This document shows, piece after piece, positions 1 through 10,998 of a DNA stretch of 33,743 nt. A program made the translations under genes and the position numbers. The stretch is from Perkinsus olseni (Eukaryota). Within the stretch, counting starts at the first letter, position 1. Every line of letters begins with the position of its first letter. The stretch lies in contig JABANN010000384.1 of the NCBI GenBank assembly GCA_013115125.1, forward strand, positions 1-33,743, in the 5' to 3' direction. A model generated the notes under the pieces. The model searched no databases and was not told where the DNA came from. It worked only from the letters and a program-made list of their open reading frames with translations.

Positions 1-9
1 GAGTATTCA

Positions 10-82
10 GTGTACGAGCCGTGTACGAAGCGATAGTGTACGAGTTTTCGGTGTACGAATCGTAATACACCCGCGTGCAACC
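10..82. repeat. Cluster of GTGTACGA direct repeats ending in CGTAATACACCCGCGTGCAACC; possible subterminal/terminal region of a DNA transposon extending left of the window
   Basis: Four GTGTACGA copies within the first 60 nt. The ending resembles the element end at 5294-5319 (CGTATTACACAACGGTGGTGCATCTCC). The transposon interpretation is inference. Confidence 0.35.
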
Positions 83-421
83 AGTACTTATGGCGCTTCA
101 CCTAGCGATAAACTGGTTCAAAATTCTTCCCAATATTCCAAACGCTTACGATATTGAAGCCTTCACCGAGAGTGCTTTTATTGTCTTTCAGGTTTTTGGT
201 TAAGTGGAAGTAACAACGTGCTGACAGTCGGAAGTTAAATAACCCTCAGGTTCAGATTGAGCTTACCATTCCTCACGCTTGGGAGGACCTCGCGGCATGC
301 TTTGAGAGCACCTTGATGGGCGTCGTGAACACAGAGGTTCACGACACTTTGCAGTGTACTCTCACCCAACGTCAAGGCTTTGACCAACGTGTCTAGGTGT
401 ACCAACAGATGATAGTACACG

Positions 422-1060
422 TCATAGCACTCCTCGTTGATGATAGCCAGATGACTTCAATTGTCCCTTGGCGTCCGCGGCCTCCGCCTGCGCACGATCT
501 CTTGAAGCGGTAAGTTCTGTGATTTGCTCCTGAGAAGTGTTATAATTCCGTATGAACAACGCCTCGAGGAGATATAGAATCACTCGTACTACCTCAGCAG
601 ACTTCAATTGTCCCTTGGCTTCCGCGGCCTCCGCCTGCGCACGATCTCTTGAAGCGGTAAGTTCTGTGATTTTCTCCTGAGAAGTGTAATAATTCCGTAT
701 GAGCAACGCCATGAGGAAGTATAGAAACCACAAATACCACCTCAGCAGACTTCAATTGTCCCTTGGCTTCCGTGGCCTCCGCCTGCGCACGATCTCTTGA
801 ACGGTAAGTTGTGGGATTTGCTCCTGAGAAGTGTAATAATTCTGTATGAACAACGCCTTGAGGAAGTATAGAAACCACAAATACCACCTCAGCAGACTTC
901 AATTGTCCCTTGGCGTCCGCGGCCTCCGCCTGCGCACGATCTCTTGACAAAGCTAGTTCTGTGATCTGCCCCTGAGAAGTATTATAATTCCGTATGAACG
1001 ACGACAAGGAGATATAGAAACCACAAATACCACCTCAGCTGCTGAGGCCTCGACCCCTGC
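422..1060 (-). CDS. Coiled-coil protein (3' part) encoded by tandemly repeated 84-nt exons
   Basis: Exons 1034-1060 (AGVEASAAE), 888-971, 741-823, 593-676 and 422-529 are separated by phase-0 GT..CTCAG introns 972-1033, 824-887, 677-740 and 530-592. Each repeat exon encodes ~EQITELTASRDRAQAEAADAKGQLKSAE (28 aa). Exon 741-823 is 83 nt (1-nt deletion). 5' exons were not resolved. Confidence 0.65.
452..1039. repeat. ~147-bp tandem repeat, 4 units (exon+intron module)
   Basis: GACTTCAATTGTCCCTTGGC...GCCTCCGCCTGCGCACGATCTCTTGA...CCTGAGAAGT recurs four times at ~147-bp spacing. Confidence 0.95.
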
Positions 1061-1440
1061 CTGATACAATTGGTTTCTCGTCTTCCTGGCCCGCTCCCGA
1101 CGCATTGCAGACGACGTTTTCTTAACCATAATATTATGACTGATAATATATCAGGCTCTGCTACACAGCTCCGAACCCGCGAATCCACATAGACCCAAAC
1201 GAGGAGTCCTCCTTTGCATCCATAGGGTAGCCCCCACCTCATATTGTCGCGGCCCCTCCTCCCGAATCGGGAGTCCCGATTGACGATGACTACAAAACCT
1301 GAGCCAAAAGGCATGGAAACAATCACTATGCCCTCAGTCCTTTTGCGTGATTCATGCATGTCCTTTACAGTTAGACAGTCATATGATCGACCAGGCTGAT
1401 GAATCTGAGAAGCAAAGTAAGATAGACAACCGGAAAATTG

Positions 1441-1692
1441 AGACGACAGGTCTGACTCAGTGAAGAGGTCAGACTCAGGTCGCCAGAAGGAAGGTTAGAC
1501 GCTCCGTAGTGGCCTAACACTATCCCAGAGACGACAGGTCTGACTCAGCGAAGAGGTCAGACTCAGGTCGCCAGAGCCTAACACTATCCCAGAGACGACA
1601 GGTCTGACTCAGTGAAGAGGTCAGACTCAGGTCGCCAGAAGGAAGGTTAGACGCTCTGTAGTAGCATAGCACTATCCCAGAGACGACAGGTC
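1441..1692. repeat. 88-bp tandem repeat (88 + 64 + 88 + partial)
   Basis: Units start AGACGACAGGTC at 1441, 1529, 1593 and 1681. Unit 2 lacks a 24-nt internal segment. Each full unit has an internal inverted repeat GTCTGAC...GTCAGAC. Confidence 0.92.
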
Positions 1693-2959
1693 AAGCTCAA
1701 ACTATCAGAAGAATTGTTATATGGTACTAATCCTTGGACACCCTAATCCGGAAGAGCCTCTTCCGAAGAGGATAAGCCACACAGGTATTATAGTTGTGAA
1801 ATAGCGAAGCGCCAATCCCTCCCATGATGGCCAGTAATCCCTCCGTTACTACGTCCCCGGAAAGTGGTTCCCCTTACTACAATCCACTAGAAGTACGGCA
1901 ATAACCACAGCAATAACACTATGACTCGTGGTCCATGATATCCTGAGAGAACCATAAGTCGAGAATGCAGGATGCGTACGGCGTACGCCGTCGTCCGTGG
2001 CCATACTTAACAACGCAATCCAGATGAGCATCTCCCACTGCATGATTCCCATTTCAGATCATCGCTTGCTGCAGCTGAACTATCCATTGAACATGCGCAG
2101 TAGGAGACAAGCGCGTGCCACGGCGATCGATTCGGAGGCTGATGTGAGCGCAACTTGTATGCGCCAACCAATTACTTGCTAGTTTCTCAACTCGCGTTCC
2201 AGCCACATATAACGGATTGCCTATGAAGGCATTCGATTGAAATTTGTAGACTGTGGTTCGTGTCCCGACTCAGGGTCCATCGGGTTCAAAGTGTCGTCTT
2301 GAAACCGACGCTCACCCCGTGCTGCCAAGCGAAATAGAGCTTCCATGTAAGGCCAGTTAAACTGTCTGAAGGCACAACGCAGTTTGCGTGGGAGGCTTCC
2401 ACTGGAACACTACTCTCGGAGTACACTCGAGGCGGCCTCCGCTAGCCCCAGTCTGGGGCCCCCAGAGGAGCCAACATTATCGACCCGACAAGCGTTTCAA
2501 TGTGCTGTGCGATACCGCAGTGGCATTCTTTCAACGTTGAGGATCCTTAAGTGTGTAAGTGCGCGGGACATTGTGTCTGCGTGCAGCTAGTGTGCTTTTG
2601 CGCGTTGGTGAGGTTTTGAAGCTGTGTGTTGCGGTATATTGCTGCAACTGTTGGACTGTTGCGGTAGCTAGGTTTACCTAAACTCTGGACCGCTACAGAG
2701 TTCCTGGTTCACTTACTGCACTGTTGAGGTTCGCAACTGACGTCTAGTTACGGTGCACGCACGTTACGTTGGTCAGAAGGTAGCTTGTATATCCAGTAGT
2801 TCAGACCTTGAGTTGATAGTAGTCATGGTTCTAACGCGAAGTGGAGTACGTAGTGAGGCCGCTCATATGTCAGAGGGTGTTCGCCGTTCTCCGAGACTTA
2901 TTCACAAGTGCACTGAGGATACGTCGCGCGTCAGTACAAGACAGAGTCCGTCGGTTCGA

Positions 2960-3255
2960 TCAACTAATACTTGGGGTTGTAAGGCTCGCGGTATCAACGC
3001 AGCCGGCCGTGGCAAGGGTTCGGTTGTGGTTACACCATCCACAAATTCTATTCCTTCGGGTAATAGTGCCGTCCCTACTCGCCCACGCGCTCAGTGCCTT
3101 GCAAGTTCGATGGATGGAATCCAACCCTCCCCTCGACTTGGGAGTCGGAATGATTCCGACGGAATCCCGCAGCGGAATCGTTAAAGGTAACATGACGTAC
3201 TCAGTACGTACACCACGTACAAACCCTGAATTGGTCCACCGAGAGTCTCCAGGGG
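2960..3255 (-). pseudogene. Possible decayed retrotransposon integrase core fragment
   Basis: Minus-strand frames give RLSVDQ / SGFV followed ~35 codons later by PKSRGGLDSIHRT. This resembles the rve core pattern (SDxG..F ... P.SNG..ER.HRT). It is frameshifted and the catalytic Glu is not conserved; weak pattern only. Confidence 0.3.
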
Positions 3256-3595
3256 CTGTTGTTCAGCCACGGTTGTAGAAACCTCGAACTTGAAACTATC
3301 AGGAAAAAGGAACAACGAGCTTTGTACAGTACACCGATAGTAAAGCACACATTCACATTTATCAGGACACCTCAGGTGTCACACCTGATGCATGTCATGC
3401 ATGGTCATGCATTGCATGACCGTATCTGTATATTACACAGTACAACACTCCTGCCACCCTGGAAAGTATATGACGTTCCACAGACACAACCCTCTGATTA
3501 TTTTCTTGCGAGCTCGCTTCGCTCGCTCGCCTAATCTAAGCATTAGGTGCATGGCTTAAACGACGCAGTTCATTGCATAGATTAGCAAGGATTGC

Positions 3596-4129
3596 TTAGA
3601 TTTCAGGGGTTGGCTTGGATTTGTATGATTTGCATAGATTAGATAAGCTTGCATAGATTAGACCAATTTTGCCATCAACCACACCTTCCACCTTTTTAGG
3701 TGTCGCAGGCGGGACGCTTTGTCCAGTACTGGAAGCTGGCAGCGGGTGAACCTCTGCCGATCCCGAATCGTCATCAACCGCCTCAGAGATATCATAGTCA
3801 AATAGGTAGATAACCCTGAAGTACCGTGTCTTGGCATACCGCACGAATCATATTATTTTTCTGGGTCTTTCGGGTTGCCGGATCGGCCGACGGGGCCTTG
3901 TTCTCCAACTGGAGGATGCTATCATAGGTCACCGCGTACTTCATCCATCTGAATATCAAGATCCAACAAGGAGGCAACCTCGAGAAACTTACACCCGGTG
4001 GAAGTTCTCTCTCTTCCAGACGGCCAAAGCCGCGACGTGTCTTTTGGTCACAAACCCGGTGATGTGTGACAATTGAATCTTGTCAACCGAGTCCGGCAAC
4101 GACTCCTTCAGCAGGGAAGAGAGTGGCAT
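3596..4129 (-). CDS. Spliced hypothetical protein, divergent from the transposase (candidate transposon second gene)
   Basis: Exons 3993-4129, 3840-3948 and 3596-3781. Introns are 3949-3992 (GTAAGT..TTCAG) and 3782-3839 (GTATGC..CTGAG). The frame is maintained, giving ~143 aa starting MPLSSLLKESLPDSVDKIQLSHITGFVTKRHVAALAVWKRENFHRVWMKYAV. Confidence 0.5.
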
Positions 4130-4262
4130 GGTTTGAAGAAAGCCTACAGGGCGACACCCGTGCGTTTTTCGATACCCCAAGGGAGGGTGCTGCAAGCAGC
4201 CGGCGCGCATCTCGCGCGCCGCGAGAGCACACCAACATCATCACGACGGCATCTCTGTGAGC

Positions 4263-5110
4263 ATGTTTCGCTATATATACGGGTATACCGAACCCTTCAC
4301 AAATTGGTTATGGGATAAACTTCGTGAAGATATTAACTTGGAGTCCAAGTCTTGGACATCCGCTACAAGAAGAAGCATCTATTAGAACTGCTGCGCACCC
4401 ACAAACAGAATCCAGACTATCGGGAAACCCGTAGCAGATGCGGTGGAAGAGACGCCTCCATCATGGCAGACTTGGAGGTGCTCATCAGCAACCACTTAGA
4501 TGCTCATCCGTATATTCCACAAAGCCTGGACAACCTCCCACGTATAGGAGGAGAGGGCCCATTCAGGAACGTCATCGGTTACGTCGACGTGTTCCCCATT
4601 CGGATATGCCGGCCGAAGGTTGACCAGAATTGCTACTACCAGCCCAAGTATAAATCGCACGTCATTAAGGTCCAGGCAGTCGTGGACACCCAGGGTCGCA
4701 TCATCCACGTGAGCCTACCATGGATTGGAGCTCGTCATGACCTGCACATACACCGAGAGACGTTGCGTCTTGGACAGCTCAGGGTCCCACCCAGCAGAAG
4801 GCTTATGGCAGACCTGGGGTATGCTACAGGGAATAACCGGGCACTCCGTCTGATAACCCCTCACAAAAGAAGGCCTGGTATCGATTTGACCCGAGCACGC
4901 ATGCTTTTCAACAGCAGGCATGCTAGCATAAGAAGTATCGTCGAAAGGGCCTTCGGGTTTCTAAAGAGGTTCGATATTCTATACACCCGCAGTAGGTGTC
5001 GCATGTCTCGAAGAGATAGCCTCCCTTGCAGAGCGGTCTGTGCTTGTCGAATTCTCATTAATTTTGATTTTTTGTATCACCAGGAGACGGGAATCGGAGT
5101 AGCAGCATAA
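4263..5110 (+). CDS. PIF/Harbinger/IS5-like DDE transposase (DDE_Tnp_4 type), frameshifted near the N-terminus
   Basis: ORF 4352-5110 has the family motifs GYVD.FPIRICRP, YY..KYKSH.IK.Q.VVD..G.I, GARHD, LMADLGY, LITPHK and FN..HASIRSIVERAFGFLKRF.IL. A plausible N-terminus MFRYIYGYTEPFTNWLWDKL starts at ATG 4263 in another frame, implying a shift near 4340-4360. Confidence 0.88.
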
Positions 5111-5319
5111 CCTCTTTCTATCTCAACAGCACTTTGTGTTATTGAAAGTTGGGGCACTACCGGTTTACGCGAAGCGCGTAAAAAGTACGGGCACTGGCTA
5201 CAGCTGTGCAATACACTCCACGCGTTTTACGCGTAGTGTGCGTAAAATATAGCCATTACGCGTTGTGTAATGCGTAATGCGTATTACGCTAGCGTATTAC
5301 ACAACGGTGGTGCATCTCC

Positions 5320-6313
5320 AATGTGTTAATGTGTGTTGTTATGTGAACCTTTCGGTTAGTGTCAAGTCAGCAGGGGGCTGTACACCAATCATCCCCTCGT
5401 CCAGAATTGTCGCGCTTCACCTCTCTACGGTCCCTCTCATCTCCTTCGACAGCAATCATTGCTGGAGAAATATTCGCGGAATTGAATTCCGTATCCGAGG
5501 CCCTCGGCTAGAGTGACTTCTTTATTCGCCAACTTGAAGTCCCTATTTCTACCCTTCTCCTCGACCACTGGCATAGCGGCCTCACCCTAGGCCGAATACA
5601 CTTCTCTATGGTATGGTCCGCCTGCCTCCGATCAATGCTGCTGTCTTTCGTATGATCCGAGCCAGGCTTGAGTACGAGACTCATACTATGAGTGAGCGAA
5701 GTCTTCGACCGTGTGTGATTCAATCTCAGTGTGCATGCGTGCCCCCGCTTTCGCTACGGAAACACTGCTTGATCGTTGTGCGATCAGCAACGATGGGTGT
5801 GAGCAAGTGAGAAGCCAGCTCGGCTCAAGTCCTGAAATCATCGGGTTCATTCTGTGCGTGACAGCCCCTCAAGGGAGCGGAACGCCGGCCATAAAACACG
5901 TTTCCTTGCCAGTGCATCGTGTAATGGCCTTCCAACTCCCCCATCATTTTGAGGCCCTTCGTTGTATAGCCATCGAAAGGCTATGGGATGGTCAACACGG
6001 CAGAGAGCCGATGCATGACCTTATGGGTGATATCTTAGAGTATTGTAGGAAGCCAGCATTAACCTTGGATTGCTATCAAGAAGAGATACTCATCGATAAA
6101 TGGCCTTTGAATGACTTTGCATTTGTCGACTGCGGGGTATTGTATCAGGTTTCTGGTAAAAACAGAGGAATTATATTATACCGAATGTGTGCTGTTGAGG
6201 ACGGTGTACCGAAAATTACTGAGGTATTGACTCTCTGTTCGTCGACACTCTATGACGAAGTTTGGGAATGCTACTATGATCATCATAGTATGATGGCGAT
6301 ACCCGCAGGCTGT
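5320..6313 (+). repeat. Local segmental duplication, copy 1 (copy 2 at 11800-12735)
   Basis: Near-identical from AATGTGTTAATGTGTGTTGT through GATGGCGATACCCG..GCTGTA, with small indels. Confidence 0.95.
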
Positions 6314-6892
6314 ATTTGCTGTATCGTGAGAGTGATCGTTACTGTACCGCGTCATCCTCACGCTGTGTGTTGCTGAAGCACGACATGGCCAGAGAGAAAA
6401 CAGAGGCCCCCATCGTATTTCCTCACCTGAGTTCATGTGATGGTAGCCTGGCCGGTATTATTGTTGTCGGTGGTGATTGGCTGTGCGTGGGGGTCGAGTA
6501 CGAGCTCCAAAATTCAAACCTATCACAGACCTAACATATCTGTGTCTGTTCATTCGACTCATATGAAGGTGTTTTCACTGCGGCTGAGCGTGAGCAATAG
6601 GGTGCGGTTTATCTGTACCGTGCCCGCTGTGGTAGGAGAAAACGGCAGACTCCTCCGTTTCGCTCCGGTCCCCGGAAGCCCTCACGCTGTCGATCTCTTC
6701 TATACGAAGTCCGATTCGACATGGCACTCTGTTCGCATTGATGTGATTAGAACTGATTACCCAACACTATTCGACGTCCGAAGTGATGCAGGGGCGGTGT
6801 CTCAAAAACTGACAGGCGATCTCGTGAGAAACACACAGGGGCTAATAGCGAAGCTCTGTTGGGACGGAGTTCAATTGAGGGTAGCCGTCTGA
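5924..6892 (+). pseudogene. Intronless lineage-specific multicopy-family gene, broken by at least two frameshifts
   Basis: ATG 5924 begins MAFQLPHHFEALRCIAIERLW...LMGDILEYCRKPALTLDC. Coding-like sequence continues in a second frame from ~6288 (DGDTRRLYLLYRESD...GGDWLCVGVEYE) and a third frame to the stop at 6892. A paralogue starts at 12368. Confidence 0.6.
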
Positions 6893-7689
6893 TGTCGTCG
6901 ACTACGTCCTAGCTTCATAACTGGGGTTCCAATGCGGGCATCGCCCGTCATGCTGATGACCTCGACGAGTTCGAACTTTCGCGGCGTCAATCATGCTGCT
7001 GTTTGATCTTGTTGAGCGCCAGGAGCGCATCAGCCATGCATGCCCCTGCTGCTGGTGCAAAAACTACTCCACTACGTCGGGCACACCGTATGACTGAAGA
7101 AGCTGTGAGGCCGGAGAGAATCTTCCCGAGCCGGAAAGAACACCACTCCCAATAGGTTCTGCCGCCCAGAACTGAACGCATGAATACATTGAGGTCTCCA
7201 AAAAGAACCGATAGCGGTGGTAACCGGAGTCAGCAAATCAGAACCAATTCACTGTCGAGTATAGTCCGTTATTGAACTGACTGGGACTAGATGAACCAAA
7301 AAGAATGACCCGAGGGAGAAGAACACGCTACACGCCGCGCGCGCTTCTTGCGACCCACCATGCGAGTCCAAGGATCATTCGACATATCCATATTCGCAGA
7401 AGTCTGACACAATTTTACACCCAAGTAGTGATGAGGACCTCATACCACGCCGAAGCTTGAGAGAAAATACTCTCACCATCAACCTCAGACTACAAAGATA
7501 TGAGCATTGATGGCGAGCGGCCGAAAAGACAATGTTGTGTGTGGCCGTAGAGCTCGAAACACAGACTCGAAGACTCGCATAAACTACCCCGAACGGCCGA
7601 CAATGAATAGGCCGATGAGTGCACGGCAAATCGGAGCTTCATGCTGCAAGACCTCGTCCTGCGATAACATACTAGCAAGCAATCTCTCT

Positions 7690-8157
7690 TTACCCAACAA
7701 CGGAGCACCCCTCGTAAAGTAAGCCTTGCGGGACCCCCAGAAGTCCGCTATACACAATAGCGAATATTCCCCTGAGAATTCTCTGGTCGTAGTAGCCTCC
7801 AGAGTCCTTGATCAGGGCCTCGCACGCATCTCGGAGATTGAGCCTCCAAAGTACGAGTTCCAAATAAGCCGTGAACTCACAGCCATAGCTAGGTTTGGGC
7901 AAGCTGTCGTTGGACTTCCTGAAGAATGTGATGTAATCCTCGGGAGTGTCCTCGACCCTGATTCTGCCAATTTTAGCCGATTTACAGAGGTATTCACCAG
8001 CGAACGGATAAGACTTCTTTACTGACCAACCTGGGTAGGCAGCGTCGAGAGATACCCTCGACACGTTGTGGCGTTGAAGAGGAATAAGAGCCTCAGGAGC
8101 TGCTACACTGAGAACAGCGAGCAGAAGAATATCAAGGAGCGGTTTGCCGGATACCAT
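7690..8157 (-). CDS. Small secreted protein, paralogue 1 of a 3-member local family
   Basis: Signal-peptide-like start MVSGKPLLDILLLAVLSVAA. Shares YPF.G...C, YITF..KS...LPKPSYGC.FTA and L.DAC.ALIKDS.GYYDQ with 9132-9614 and 15548-15969. Confidence 0.8.
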   Translation of the reverse strand: MVSGKPLLDILLLAVLSVAAPEALIPLQRHNVSRVSLDAAYPGWSVKKSYPFAGEYLCKSAKIGRIRVEDTPEDYITFFRKSNDSLPKPSYGCEFTAYLELVLWRLNLRDACEALIKDSGGYYDQRILRGIFAIVYSGLLGVPQGLLYEGCSVVG

Positions 8158-9131
8158 TATAGGGAACACGCTGAGAGCCTACATTAGTATGGCCACTCCA
8201 GAATATGATTCCCCACTTACTGGACTAAGATGAAAATACTTTTCTAAAAAAATAAAGTAATAGAAATAAAAAGTCATCATAAATTCGTAATTTCTGACGA
8301 GAAATTCTGACGTCAAGCGCTGACACAATTACTCACTAGAGTGACGATTCTAGACATCAGGACGAATACAAGAAGAACCCATACCACTCTACTGATGCGA
8401 TGCCACCCTTAGGCTGATACTGTTAGCAGTAGTTTGCTGATAGAGCTGTGCTATGAATGAGTTCACCAGAAGCAAACTCTCCCCGATCATCCAACGTGCT
8501 TAAGATTCATGAATCGAATCTTATTGCACCGTGCCCAGGTGGTCTAGAAAGTGCCTAAAGATCAATGACCATATGGCTGCTGCAGTAGCAACTTACCCCA
8601 AGAGGTTAGTATACTAAAGGGCTTCTCTCACCTCCCACTGTGTAGGGTTAAGCCACTCGGGACTGAACTCAGGGTCACTCAGATCTTGAAGAAGAGCTAA
8701 CTTGAATAGTAGGGGCATCAAAGCCCGCCGTAGGCTAATCTACCCCGGCCCTTCTACGACCAGTGACTGAACACCAAAGCGAGTCAATAAGAACGGCCAG
8801 TCTCAAGCCCGAGTGAGGTACGCATGCTGCTATGAGCATGTGACCGCACTCAAGTACGGTGTAAGACGGATTAATACTTATCGTGATCATCACTGGAGTC
8901 CACGCTGACCGTGCACGATTATGCCAAAAACTATCACGGATGACAATCTGGTGCAATGGTATACGCATAACAAAATACATATATTTAGCACATACTAAAG
9001 CGACCTTATACTCCGACAAAAATCATCCCGCCACCAATTTAAGTTGAAGACCCACAACTTACCACAAAATACGCTAGGAGCCGAGACCAGTAGGAGGTAT
9101 AAGGTTGAGTAAGACTACCGCAACAATAGGA

Positions 9132-9614
9132 TCACCCGATGTGTTTATTGACGAGATGGCAAGCCTGAATAACCCTTCTAGTGTTCGGGACGACAAGCCA
9201 GCCTTTCTTCACGAAGGCGTAGGTAGTGGTGAGGATATCCTGGTCGTAGTAGCCATGTGAGTCCTTTATCAGAGCCTTGCACGCATCTTGGAGGTCGAGG
9301 AACCATATCACCCACTCAGGGTGAGCGGTGAACGCGCAGCCGTAGCTAGGTTTGGGCAAGAAGTACTTTGACTTCCTGTAGAATGTGATGTACCCGCCAG
9401 ACTTGTCCTGCTCGACGCTGATCGTGGCGATCATACCCACTCTACAAGAGTAGTTGCCTGTGAAAGGATACTGCACTCCCGCTGCCCTATGAGAATTGCC
9501 GCTGCCGAAGTGCACATCGGGCAGAGGTTCAAGCAGATGACCAGAACTCACGAGGGTCGCTTCACTGCCGACAAAAAGCAGCAAGAGACGAACCAGCTGT
9601 TTGCTAGATACCAT
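9132..9614 (-). CDS. Small secreted protein, paralogue 2
   Basis: Signal-like start MVSSKQLVRLLLLFVGSEA. Same Cys-anchored motifs (LPKPSYGCAFTAH, LQDACKALIKDSHGYYDQ). Confidence 0.8.
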   Translation of the reverse strand: MVSSKQLVRLLLLFVGSEATLVSSGHLLEPLPDVHFGSGNSHRAAGVQYPFTGNYSCRVGMIATISVEQDKSGGYITFYRKSKYFLPKPSYGCAFTAHPEWVIWFLDLQDACKALIKDSHGYYDQDILTTTYAFVKKGWLVVPNTRRVIQACHLVNKHIG

Positions 9615-10998
9615 ATCAGACAAGAAGCGGGAACTTATCTATAGAATAATGATGGCCGCCTTCGACGACGCTTCTCTCTTCCCTGTCATGGTACGGAGGC
9701 CTAATGATCACAGCAGGGGATCTGCTTTGCATATGCGTACAGTGACGCGTGAGCATGCGTGCCACCTAAAGGTAATCGTGTCATGCACAGGTCCTCACTG
9801 AGGTCCAAAGTTTAGGAGCTCAGGAACCCTCCCACGACTCGTGAAAGAGGTTACAAGTAGTAGATCGCGACTCGAGAGACGTTTCAAGATTCTACAGACC
9901 TCAGTTTTCAAGATTCTCGTCTACCCACTGTCATCTATGGGTACGGCGATGGCAACGCAATAGTGACACTAGATGACTACTGTGTCCCAATGTATGGCGA
10001 TCGGAGTATCACCTGCTGTTTGGGAGACCTGCAACAGGTGAGCGGCACAACAGTGCATGGTCAATCACTATCAGGCTGCGTTCGAACCGTCAGGCTACGG
10101 TTAAAAGTTCCACCTTGCATGGCTCGACGATGTAAGTGCTCCCGAGGAGAGTTTTTGGCGACGGAAGAGTTTCTGAAGACCGCCGTTGTGTAAAATTGGC
10201 GTGACAGCCGGTGGCGCCCTTCGTGCTGAGAGACGTGGCGATTATAACATGTACAGCACGATGTATAAGGAAAGCTTCAATCAGAACCAGGCTACGTGAT
10301 GACAACCAGTAACCAAAACTAGTGATCATCAAACGGACGAGGGTCGGAGCCTGCGCGAAAACGCTCGTATACAGAAGTTGAGAGACTCGCGATAGAAATT
10401 CATTTTTTTCGGCGTCAGCCTGTTGAGTCGAGCTTGGGGGGAACCATTCGTAAGGACGACGCATCGGGAATTTTAAGTGCCCCTCGTTTCTCCTTGCTCT
10501 CGTTACTCTCGGAAATCTCCCGAATCGTGCACAAGTTCCTCTGACAAGTCTGCACCGACCAGCCACACCGCGATTTTCCCGTGGATACCCACTTTCCTGT
10601 AGCTCACATGCTAGAGCTCGCGAAAGCCAGTGGACTTAGTCCACAGGCCCGCATCGGTCAAGACGATGTCTCTCCATGTGAGCGACGAGGCTGGCTTCAT
10701 CACGTAGGCGGGCGCCACTCAGTTCTGCCTATCGCTCGCCATCATTATGGACTGTGTGGTGTCTCGTCTCCTGCTGTTAGTGGGGTGCTGAATAGAATGA
10801 TTCCGAAACTCAGAATTAATTTTGATCTTTGAAGTCCGAAGTTGGAAGCCTCATTTGACGATGAACGTCAATTCCAGAATTGATTCTGAGTTCCAGAATT
10901 ATTTCACTGAACAGGGAGTGTCTCGATACTGGTAGGCCAGCAGTCTGCTTTCACGTCCATGTACCAGTTGCATCACAGGCTGCCTCCAACCTCATCCA

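Larger units (their letters stand above)
3500..5319 (+). mobile_element. Harbinger-like DNA transposon (right end at 5319; left end not identified, start approximate)
   Basis: The transposase is followed by a 5160-5319 tract of repeated and palindromic TTACGC/GCGTAA words. Sequence immediately after 5319 matches the paralogous locus at 11800, which lacks this element. Confidence 0.6.

Noticed and set aside
1396-1440. Hammerhead ribozyme core (CTGATGA...)
   Set aside because: No GAAA correctly placed after a stem II, and no closing stems found.
1441-1692. CRISPR-like array (palindromic repeats with intervening sequence)
   Set aside because: The intervening segments are copies of each other rather than unique spacers, there are no cas genes, and the context is eukaryotic.
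3255-3285. Left TIR of the Harbinger-like element (CCACGGTTGT resembles the reverse complement of the right end)
   Set aside because: Only a ~10-nt partial match, and the terminal GGAGATGCA is absent.
6437-6892. Independent secreted protein starting MMVAWPVLLLSVVIG
   Set aside because: More simply the frameshifted 3' part of the 5924 gene. The apparent signal peptide overlaps a coding-like alternative frame. Not fully excluded.
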